Shown: one piece after another, positions 1-7,541 of the stretch
How the letters are laid out: each line of letters starts with the position of its first letter
Position numbering within the stretch: the first letter of the stretch is position 1
The notes under the pieces: model-generated
The model's input: only the letters and a program-made list of their open reading frames with translations
Told to the model about the DNA's origin: nothing
The model's database searches: none
Sequence record: DRR378314_948
DNA: 36,844 nucleotides
Direction: 5' to 3' (one strand)
Made by a program: the position numbers and the translations under genes

Positions 1-66
1 TCCGCCATCCATGGCTACGCACGGTTTTGGCAAAGCTTCCCCGGCACTTGGCGGTCGAACAATGAG

Positions 67-1515
67 TTAGCCTTCTTGTAATAACTGCCTGTAGTGACGA
101 GCTTTTGGCGTCATCTGGCGCTTTTCAAACTCTTCTGCCAGCAATCGGCAGGCTTCGCTGGCCAGGAGCTGGTCACCGGCGCTGCGAAGGCGTTCGAAGG
201 CTTTCTCCGCGGCTTTCAGGTCGTCGTTGCGCAGGCAGGTGAACAACACCCGGTTATGGTCCTCGGCTTCAAGCGGCGCGTGGCCCTCGCCTTTACCCAG
301 GTATTCCTGCCAGATTTCAACCATCCGCTCCGGTTGGCGGCGGCTGAGCGACTCGTTCATCAATTCCCGGGCGCGCTCGCGGTACTGCGGCAGGTCCGGG
401 CGTAGTTTCGCCAACTGGTATAGGTGCTCCAGCAGAATGGTGCGGTCCGGGTAGTGCTCCCTCAGCGCCTCGAACTGGCGGCGGGCCAGGTCGAAATCCA
501 TCCGCCCGAGGCTGGCCATGGCCTGGCTGTAGCCGGTGGTAAAGCGCTCGTCCTGCTCATCCTCTTCAGGCTCGAAAAACTCTTCCTTGACCTGCAGCCA
601 GCTCTTGCCCAGGAGCCAGACCATACCGGCACCGGCTACCAGACCACCCGCGTGGGCCATATAAGCAATGCCAGTAGCCCCGGCAAACCAGTAATCGTAG
701 ATTTCCTTGCCGAGCCAGACCGGCAGGATCGCCAACGCCGGGGCCCGGAAGTAGTTGAAGTACACACCGACGAAATAGAAAAAGCGGATTTTCTGCAATC
801 CGTAGATGGCCACGTACATGCCCATTAGCCCGGATATTGAACCGGATGCTCCCACCAGAGGGATGTGGCTGCCCATGGAAAACGCGGTGAACACCACGCC
901 GGATAACGCGCCACACAACAGGTACGCCAGCAGGAAGCGCCCCGGGCCAAGCGCCTTTTCAACGGTAAAGCCCAGCAGGAAAAGGAATACCAGGTTGCCG
1001 ATGATGTGCCCCCAACCGCCGTGGAGGAACTGGTAGGTAATCAGCGTATAAAGAGAAAACTCCGCCGGCACCAGGCCCAGCTGGTTCGCGCTGAGTTTAT
1101 CGATCAGGCGATTCTGGATCTCGCCCCGCTCTTCCATCCAGCGTCTGCGTTCCGCCGGTGCCCAGATAACGTCCCGGTTATCCACCATGTATTGGTAGAA
1201 CTCACGGTCGGACAGCAGGCTGTAGGCCAGCCAAAGGTCCTCACCGTCCTGGCGAAGTTCCTGGAAACTCTGCAGTTCGTAGACCCGGTCTTCATCGCCT
1301 TCAAACCGGATCTGGCGCTGCAGGTATTCCTCATACACCGGCGCTTCCAGCGACTGCAGGTCCGATTCCAGATACTGCTCAATGGCCTCTTCGATCAGCC
1401 GGTTGTCGTCGCCCTGGTAGAACAGGAACACCAACAGGCAGGTCATGATCAATCCGAGGGTGACCCAGGGCGGGCGCTTCCAGTTAACGGCGTTTTCGGC
1501 GGGGATAATCAGCAT
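67..1515 (-). CDS. Rhomboid family intramembrane serine protease with a large soluble insert and a C-terminal helical (TPR-like) domain
   Basis: 482-aa ORF with rhomboid motifs YQFLHGGWGHIIGN, catalytic GASGS and AHAGG, and an N-terminal PWVT TM segment; the soluble C-terminus is helical-repeat-like. Confidence 0.9.
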   Translation of the reverse strand: MLIIPAENAVNWKRPPWVTLGLIMTCLLVFLFYQGDDNRLIEEAIEQYLESDLQSLEAPVYEEYLQRQIRFEGDEDRVYELQSFQELRQDGEDLWLAYSLLSDREFYQYMVDNRDVIWAPAERRRWMEERGEIQNRLIDKLSANQLGLVPAEFSLYTLITYQFLHGGWGHIIGNLVFLFLLGFTVEKALGPGRFLLAYLLCGALSGVVFTAFSMGSHIPLVGASGSISGLMGMYVAIYGLQKIRFFYFVGVYFNYFRAPALAILPVWLGKEIYDYWFAGATGIAYMAHAGGLVAGAGMVWLLGKSWLQVKEEFFEPEEDEQDERFTTGYSQAMASLGRMDFDLARRQFEALREHYPDRTILLEHLYQLAKLRPDLPQYRERARELMNESLSRRQPERMVEIWQEYLGKGEGHAPLEAEDHNRVLFTCLRNDDLKAAEKAFERLRSAGDQLLASEACRLLAEEFEKRQMTPKARHYRQLLQEG

Positions 1516-1666
1516 GGGCAGTCACAATTCATCATAATTTGTCCCTGAAGAGGTGCTTTTTACCACAGCATGGCCAGTTTTTCGCGTTGTAATGAATCCT
1601 GAAGCGATTTAGCCGGCCACGGGCAAAACAAACTGTGCGTGGCACCACAAACAGGCTACTCTGCGG

Positions 1667-1695
1667 TTGTCACACGATGGTCATACAAATGACAT
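1667..1695 (+). promoter_or_regulatory. Three-unit 11-bp-period direct repeat (PhoB/OmpR-family box-like)
   Basis: TTGTCAC-ACGA-TGGTCAT-ACAA-ATGACAT in the rhomboid/OmpA intergenic region. Confidence 0.4.
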
Positions 1696-1779
1696 TCAAT
1701 CAGGGCAGCCGCAAAAGGGCGAATCGCTCGGTGCTCTAATCGAGCACGGAGTATGGGTTTCGACCAATCGCCAATTGCC

Positions 1780-1815
1780 GTTGTCCCGGCCACAGCCAAT
1801 AGTTGCCGGGACAAC
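1780..1815. repeat. Perfect 11-bp inverted repeat (hairpin or operator) upstream of the OmpA-domain gene
   Basis: GTTGTCCCGGC-N14-GCCGGGACAAC. Confidence 0.55.
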
Positions 1816-1849
1816 AAGAAAAACCGGACGTGCAACAAAGGAAACTGCC

Positions 1850-2296
1850 ATGACTGTACTCATTCTGGACAACCCGGACCTACTAGCAAGAGCGGCCATC
1901 GAATCCGGCCTTTCAATGCCGTCACTGGCATCGGACGGCACCCCTCAAAAACCACACCGGCTGCGTTTCCACTACGGCTTCAACAAGCATCGCCTGGATG
2001 AGCAGGACCTGGCTATCCTGCGTCAGCACGCTCTCTATCTGAGACACCATCCGGGTGTCACGGTGCGAATCCATGGCCATGCCGATAATTTTGGCGTCAG
2101 TGAATACAACCACTTCCTGTCCCGCCTTCGGGCCAGCAGCGCGGCCAAAATACTGATTCGCGAAGGCGTCCGTGAAAGCCAGATACTGGTGAGCGGCTGG
2201 GGCAGCGATCGCCCGCTGGCGCGCCCGGAAGACCACGCCGCCAATCGCCGGCTGGAACTCGAGTACGTCACCGTGGAAATGGCAAGGGCACTCTAG
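1850..2296 (+). CDS. OmpA C-terminal (peptidoglycan-binding) domain protein, candidate sortase-associated PdsO
   Basis: OmpA_C motifs IHGHAD..G..EYN..LS..RA, GWGSDRP and NRRLE; start moved to ATG 1850, which follows the RBS-like AAAGGAAA; lies near the sortase locus. Confidence 0.8.
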   Translation: MTVLILDNPDLLARAAIESGLSMPSLASDGTPQKPHRLRFHYGFNKHRLDEQDLAILRQHALYLRHHPGVTVRIHGHADNFGVSEYNHFLSRLRASSAAKILIREGVRESQILVSGWGSDRPLARPEDHAANRRLELEYVTVEMARAL

Positions 2297-2351
2297 AGAG
2301 CCCTGCCTTGCAAATGAAGAATCCGGGGGCCGCGCAGCCCCCGCGGGAGAT

Positions 2352-2753
2352 TCAGCCGTAGACCTGGAATACGTTCCAGAGCAGCAGCACGGCCATGGCC
2401 AGGATGCCGATCCAGGTCAACAGAATACCGATCATGCGGGCAATGTGTGGCCCACCCCGACCATTGATCATACCGAAGGCGTGCAACACCCGCCCCACCA
2501 CAAAGGCCATCCCGGTCCAATACACCAGCCCGCTGGGAACGCCGTTCAACTCGGCAATAGCCAACATTATCAGCCCGAGTGGCGCATACTCGACCAGATT
2601 GGCCTGGGCGCGGACAACGGCCTGGAAGTCCCGATCGTCGGTGACGCCCAGGCTTTTCTTGTACTTCAGGCGGAAGCGGGAAACCATCCCTGACAAGACC
2701 AGCAACAACAATCCGAGAACAGCTGCGAAAACAGCGGAGACAGGTACGATCAT
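2352..2753 (-). CDS. MAPEG family membrane protein
   Basis: 133 aa, about 4 TM helices, motifs RAQANLVEYAP and GRVLHAFG. Confidence 0.9.
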   Translation of the reverse strand: MIVPVSAVFAAVLGLLLLVLSGMVSRFRLKYKKSLGVTDDRDFQAVVRAQANLVEYAPLGLIMLAIAELNGVPSGLVYWTGMAFVVGRVLHAFGMINGRGGPHIARMIGILLTWIGILAMAVLLLWNVFQVYG

Positions 2754-2755
2754 GA

Positions 2756-3007
2756 TCAGGCCTTCTTGATGGCGCTGACAACGGCCAGCAGCAACACCGC
2801 ACCTACGGTTGCCGTTACCAGTTCACCCACGGCACCCTGCGCAGCCAGGCCCAGGAGGCGGAAAACGAAACCGCCAAGCACGGAGCCAACAATACCAATA
2901 CCGATATTCGCCAACACGCCAAAGCCACGGCCTTTCATGATCAGGCCCGCCAGCCAGCCGGCCACACCACCGATTATCAGGAACAGAATAAGATTCATTG
3001 CATGCAT
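2756..3007 (-). CDS. GlsB/YeaQ/YmgE (transglycosylase-associated) small membrane protein
   Basis: Gly-rich hydrophobic pattern IIGGVAGWLAG..MKGRGFG..NI.IGIVGS.LGG..ATVGAVLLL; true start may be the second Met (2998). Confidence 0.9.
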   Translation of the reverse strand: MHAMNLILFLIIGGVAGWLAGLIMKGRGFGVLANIGIGIVGSVLGGFVFRLLGLAAQGAVGELVTATVGAVLLLAVVSAIKKA

Positions 3008-3102
3008 CTCCGAGCAGTGAAACAGTTCCCGAAAGACTGCCCTGTTTTGTCTGGCGCTTCAAGCACTTCCGCGAACGGTAATGGCCATGTTCTGGATCGC
3101 GC

Positions 3103-3846
3103 TCACACAGAAGGATCGAGGGCAGCGATGGCGGCTTCCATTTGCTGATGGCATTGCGCCATCAACTGCGGAATATCCGCAACCGTGAGCCCGGCGGTTT
3201 CGACGGGCGGAAGCACCCGGATGGCCACCGGTTCCCGGCGACCGGACCAGCCCAGGGTACGATCGTAATACTGACTGGCGCACACCATGGTGATGGGGGC
3301 TCCAGAGGCTACGGCCGCGTGAAAGGCACCCTTTTTGAACGACTGCAGCCCACGACCCCGACTTCGGGTGCCCTCCGGAAATACCCACAGGCTCTTGCGA
3401 TCCCGGCTGATGGCTTCACTGGTCGCCTGCATCACCGCGACAGCCTTATGGGACCGGCCGCGATTCAGGATGACATTGCCTCCGAGCCAGAACACCTGGC
3501 CGAAAAACGGCACCCAAATCAGCGAGGACTTGCCCACGGTTACGGTGCGGGGCGGAAGCAGGTCGCCCATCACGAACAAATCGTCGTTGTGTTGGTGATT
3601 GGCTATAACCACGGTAGGACGGTCACGAGGTATGTTCTCACCGCCCTCCAACGGACGCTCCATACCCAGGAAGAAACGACCAACGCGGGCAACGGCTCCC
3701 CCGAGGAGCCGGTTGTTATCCGGATTGAACGGTCTTGCAATGTAGAGAACCAGTGCAAACAAACAAATGAACGGCACCGACAGCCAGGCCAGCAGTTTTC
3801 TTGGCATTCCCATCGAACACAACCCTGATGCAATTTTTTGGCGCAC
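3103..3846 (-). CDS. plsC: 1-acyl-sn-glycerol-3-phosphate acyltransferase
   Basis: NHQHNDD (HX4D), FPEGTRS and FKKGAF acyltransferase motifs; start may be ATG 3813 or 3807. Confidence 0.9.
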   Translation of the reverse strand: MRQKIASGLCSMGMPRKLLAWLSVPFICLFALVLYIARPFNPDNNRLLGGAVARVGRFFLGMERPLEGGENIPRDRPTVVIANHQHNDDLFVMGDLLPPRTVTVGKSSLIWVPFFGQVFWLGGNVILNRGRSHKAVAVMQATSEAISRDRKSLWVFPEGTRSRGRGLQSFKKGAFHAAVASGAPITMVCASQYYDRTLGWSGRREPVAIRVLPPVETAGLTVADIPQLMAQCHQQMEAAIAALDPSV

Positions 3847-3861
3847 AAGTGTACGCCAAAA

Positions 3862-4473
3862 TCAGGTTCCGGCAACAGCCTCCCGGGTCAGGGCATTATC
3901 CGTCTTATCGGCCGCCACCAGGGACTCAGCTGTGGCCTCCACCACATAGCGTAGTGGACCATTGCTCTCAAGGCCATTGAAGGGATAACAGGTCACCAGC
4001 AGTAAGGAATCCCTGGGCAACTGCGCCGTATTGATCTGTTCGTGCCGGCTATCCACAACACGAATACGCTCAACCCGGAACGACCGCCAGTCGCCGTCCC
4101 GACTCTGTAGTTCCAGTCGGCTACCCGTTTCCAGGTGCTGCAAGCCCTGGAAATGGGTATCGCGGTGGCCCGCAATGACGACTGGCCCCGCCCGGCCGTT
4201 GTTCCCCAACACCTGCCCCGGCCCGAACGCCAGGCTTTCACCGTGAGCCCCGTCCAGCACGATCAGTGACTGGCCGGTGTCAGGCACCATCAAGCGGCCC
4301 ACTGGCCAGGTGTCCGCCCAGGGCCAGGGACGAGTTTCCTGCTGCCGCGCCTGGCTCTCGGCCCAGGCCAGTTCCAACAGCTCCTGAGCCACCAGGGCCT
4401 TGAACGGTATCCACAGGCCAACGGCCAGGACGGTCGCAAACGTGGTCGCCAACAGGAGAATCAATCGATTCAT
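3862..4473 (-). CDS. Marine proteobacterial (class GN) sortase
   Basis: N-terminal TM; PWPWADTWP; catalytic His (AGHRDTHF), Cys (LVTCYPF) and Arg (GPLRY); ATGA overlap with the target gene. Confidence 0.93.
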   Translation of the reverse strand: MNRLILLLATTFATVLAVGLWIPFKALVAQELLELAWAESQARQQETRPWPWADTWPVGRLMVPDTGQSLIVLDGAHGESLAFGPGQVLGNNGRAGPVVIAGHRDTHFQGLQHLETGSRLELQSRDGDWRSFRVERIRVVDSRHEQINTAQLPRDSLLLVTCYPFNGLESNGPLRYVVEATAESLVAADKTDNALTREAVAGT

Positions 4474-6623
4474 GAGAACACCCTCCGTTGCAGCAGGGTG
4501 ATGGCGGCCGAGAACATCAGCCCCACCAGGCCAATGGCGATCAGTAACGGTGACATTGTGGCGGTCTGGGGATAACGCAGCATGGTGCCCTGGCTCCCGG
4601 CGGGCAGCAGTGTGGGGACGCTGTCGGTCTTCAGGGCCTCCTGCGACGGTCTGGACGGGGTTTTATCCTGTGCCAGGAAGCTGGTGTACTTCGTCATCAG
4701 TTGGTGTTTCAGGCCCAAACGGGTCACCTGGTCCTCGGCGTTGTCATCAATCTGGCCGGTTAGCCCGCTGTCCATCAGACTGTCGATTTTCTGTCTTGCC
4801 CAGTGGCGATGCAGGCCCTTTCCGTTGGCCGCCTGATCCAGGCGAAGCGATGTCTGCCACTGGTTGCCGTCCGGAAGACGCCCAGAGACCTCAAGGTCGC
4901 CCTTTGCCGGAAGTCCGCGCACCACCTGGACCATGGGTTCACCTCGGAACAGGTCACCGATGCGCCCCGGAAGCGCTTCGGTCGAAGCTGTCTGACCCGG
5001 CCAACGAACGGCGATGTCCGTCAGCACCGGGGCCTGCATCTTGCCGAAGAGTTCGTCCAGCGGCCGGGCCACATCCGACAAGTCGTTGATGGCTGTGTAG
5101 GTACCACGGCCATAACGGGCCGCTTCACGCATGAAGTGCATATTGGGAGCGGAACCAATGCCCACGGTAAATAGCCGGCTGCTGCCAAGGCCATCGCGGA
5201 TCTTTCCGAAAAGGGCGCTTTCATTGCCCACCGCGCCGTCGGTAATAAACACGACCTGCCTGACCCTCGCGGTCGTTTCCTCTCCGCCATCACCGGTGGT
5301 CTCAAGCGCGGCATCCAGCGCCGGCGCCATCTCGGTACCGCCGTCGGCATTCAGCCCTTTTACGTAGCGACGCGCCCGGGCAATATTGTTGCCATTGGCC
5401 GGAACCGATTCCATGAACAAAGCATGGGTCTGACTGTTGAATTGGACAACGTTGAAACGATCATCGGTATCAAGGGTATCCAGCCCGCGCAGCAACGCCT
5501 GCCGGGCCTGTCGGATGGACTCGCCAGCCATGGAACCGGAGGTGTCGATCACGAAGACCAACTCGCGAGGCAAACGCTGATTCCCATTGAGGCCGGGCAC
5601 TACCAGGGCCAGCAGGTATTCCTCGCCCTGCCACTGTTCCTGGAAAACGGCCGCCGCCGGTTCCATCCCCCGGGCCGGCGCCCAGCGCACGATAAGGTCG
5701 CGGTCCATCAGGACGGCCTGGGATTCCGGCGCCACTTCCACGGTGTTGCCATTCCAGGTACTGGTCACTCGGTGGCTGGGGCTGGAAACACGGCTCACCG
5801 GCAGGCCGGCATTGATCGTCAGGCTGATGGTCGCCTGATGACTGTCCGGTCCCACATCTTCCGGCAGCACCGTGAATGGACTGATCTGGTCCGCATCCGG
5901 CACCTCCGTGGTGGGGGTTGCCCAGCCACCCGACCATTGCGCCGGCCCGTTGTCCAGGGCCTGGCCAGGCATGTAACGGGGCGTCAGCGTGGTGGGCAGT
6001 CGCAGTTCGAACTCGCCAGACTGATAGCGCACCGCCTGCTGGTAGTTGAGTTCAACGGTGATGGTTTCGCCCGGAGGAATATTCGCCATGCGGGTAGTGA
6101 ACAGATTGGGCCGTTGCTGGTCCACGCGGGCCACCTTACGACCCTCCTCCTTCGCTTTGGTGTACTGGCGCTTGGCTTCCTGCTTTTCGTGAATCTCGCC
6201 CACAATCACGCGCTCGCCAGCGGTCATGGTCATGCCGTACACGCTGGCGTTTTCCGGTAGCGGAAATACGAACACGCCCTCGCGCCATTGCTGGCTGGTA
6301 TTGCGAAAACTCTGGCGCAGTCGCGTATCGGCAATCAGCCCACTCACGGTCACCTTATAGTCCGTGTTGAGCAAGGTGGCCGAACCCAGCCGTTGGCCGG
6401 TCTCGTCGACAAAATGAAATTCACCGGCGCCTTCACGACCGGTTTCGGAAGCCTCCGCATAAACCGGGTGTACAAACAGAAACAGCAGCACCGCCAACCA
6501 CAGGGAAATACCCTCCAGCCAGCGTCGTAGCCGGGGGGAAATCGTCCGCCCGGCCAGGCCAGCGCGACGGCGCCCGACGTTGAAGGTGTGCGGTGAGTAG
6601 GGTCCCAGGTTGGTCAACAGCAT
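4470..6623 (-). CDS. Marine proteobacterial sortase target protein (VIT + vWA domains, C-terminal sorting signal)
   Basis: VIT domain (EGVFVFPLPENASV, ANIPPGETITVELNY), vWA MIDAS DTSGS and FITDG; C-terminus YPQTAT + TM + RR; start set at ATG 6623 after AAGGAAG (ORF track starts at 6644). Confidence 0.92.
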   Translation of the reverse strand: MLLTNLGPYSPHTFNVGRRRAGLAGRTISPRLRRWLEGISLWLAVLLFLFVHPVYAEASETGREGAGEFHFVDETGQRLGSATLLNTDYKVTVSGLIADTRLRQSFRNTSQQWREGVFVFPLPENASVYGMTMTAGERVIVGEIHEKQEAKRQYTKAKEEGRKVARVDQQRPNLFTTRMANIPPGETITVELNYQQAVRYQSGEFELRLPTTLTPRYMPGQALDNGPAQWSGGWATPTTEVPDADQISPFTVLPEDVGPDSHQATISLTINAGLPVSRVSSPSHRVTSTWNGNTVEVAPESQAVLMDRDLIVRWAPARGMEPAAAVFQEQWQGEEYLLALVVPGLNGNQRLPRELVFVIDTSGSMAGESIRQARQALLRGLDTLDTDDRFNVVQFNSQTHALFMESVPANGNNIARARRYVKGLNADGGTEMAPALDAALETTGDGGEETTARVRQVVFITDGAVGNESALFGKIRDGLGSSRLFTVGIGSAPNMHFMREAARYGRGTYTAINDLSDVARPLDELFGKMQAPVLTDIAVRWPGQTASTEALPGRIGDLFRGEPMVQVVRGLPAKGDLEVSGRLPDGNQWQTSLRLDQAANGKGLHRHWARQKIDSLMDSGLTGQIDDNAEDQVTRLGLKHQLMTKYTSFLAQDKTPSRPSQEALKTDSVPTLLPAGSQGTMLRYPQTATMSPLLIAIGLVGLMFSAAITLLQRRVFS

Positions 6624-6836
6624 TGTCTCGCTTCCTTGTATCACTGTGGTTGAAAAAGCACGCCTGGTGGCAACTGGCGACTATTTCAGCCCATGGAAGC
6701 GGCGATTCAGTGTCACAATCTGGCGATCCGGCGGTAAAAAAATGATGAATTGTGGCAAACCGGGCGCTTTACCTTGTTCTGGCTGCAGGCCATGGTTAAA
6801 TAGGACCCCGTATTAACAGGGAAATGGCTGCTGGTT

Positions 6837-7538
6837 ATGAAGCGACACATCGTGCTGATTGAAGACGAACCTGCCATCCGGGAAAACTACCGGGACGCTT
6901 TCGAGCGCCGGGGGTACCGGGTGTCTGCCTACGGTGACCGCAACAGTGCCTTCCAGGCATTGCGCACCGCCCTGCCAGATCTGGCCATTATCGACGTGGG
7001 GCTGGGCGATGAGCCTGAAGGCGGTTTTACTCTGTGCCAGGATCTGCGCAGCCTGTCCAAAACCGTTCCAATCATTTTCCTGACGGCACGCGACAGCGAC
7101 ATCGATTCCGTGCACGGCCTGCGCCTGGGCGCCGACGACTACGTCACCAAGGACATGAGCCTGGATCACCTGTTGGCCCGGGTCACCGCCCTGCTGCGAC
7201 GTGCCGATGCCTGGGCCGAGGCGCTGAAACAGCCGGATGAAGTGGTGCACCGTGGCCGCCTGGCGTTAAACGTGGATCGGATGACTGCGGAATGGAACGG
7301 ACAGCCCATCGACCTGACGGTGACCGAGTTCTGGATGCTGCACTCCCTGGTCCAGCACCCGGGCCACGTGCGCAGCCGCGACCAGTTGATGGAAGCCGCC
7401 AGCACGGTGCTGGACGACAATACGGTGACCTCACACATCAAGCGTATACGCCGCAAATTCCTGCAGATTGATGACGCGTTTGACGGCATTCACACTGCCT
7501 ACGGCATGGGTTACCGCTGGAACGCCCATGAGGCCTGA
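6837..7538 (+). CDS. pdsR: OmpR-family response regulator of the proteobacterial dedicated sortase system
   Basis: Receiver domain (IEDE, IIDVGL, FLTARD, GADDYVTK) plus winged-helix (LTVTEFW, TVTSHIKRIRRK, YGMGYRW); divergent from the sortase target. Confidence 0.88.
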   Translation: MKRHIVLIEDEPAIRENYRDAFERRGYRVSAYGDRNSAFQALRTALPDLAIIDVGLGDEPEGGFTLCQDLRSLSKTVPIIFLTARDSDIDSVHGLRLGADDYVTKDMSLDHLLARVTALLRRADAWAEALKQPDEVVHRGRLALNVDRMTAEWNGQPIDLTVTEFWMLHSLVQHPGHVRSRDQLMEAASTVLDDNTVTSHIKRIRRKFLQIDDAFDGIHTAYGMGYRWNAHEA

Positions 7539-7541
7539 GTT

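Noticed and set aside
67-1515. Rhomboid as a rhombosortase serving the sortase-like locus
   Set aside because: Much longer than a typical rhombosortase, no GlyGly-CTERM substrate seen in the window, and the target has its own sortase
1600-1780. Possible c-di-GMP-I (GEMM) riboswitch suggested by GGGCAAA and GCAAAAG words
   Set aside because: I could not find the GNRA-capped P2 stem and tetraloop-receptor arrangement; an Infernal scan would be needed
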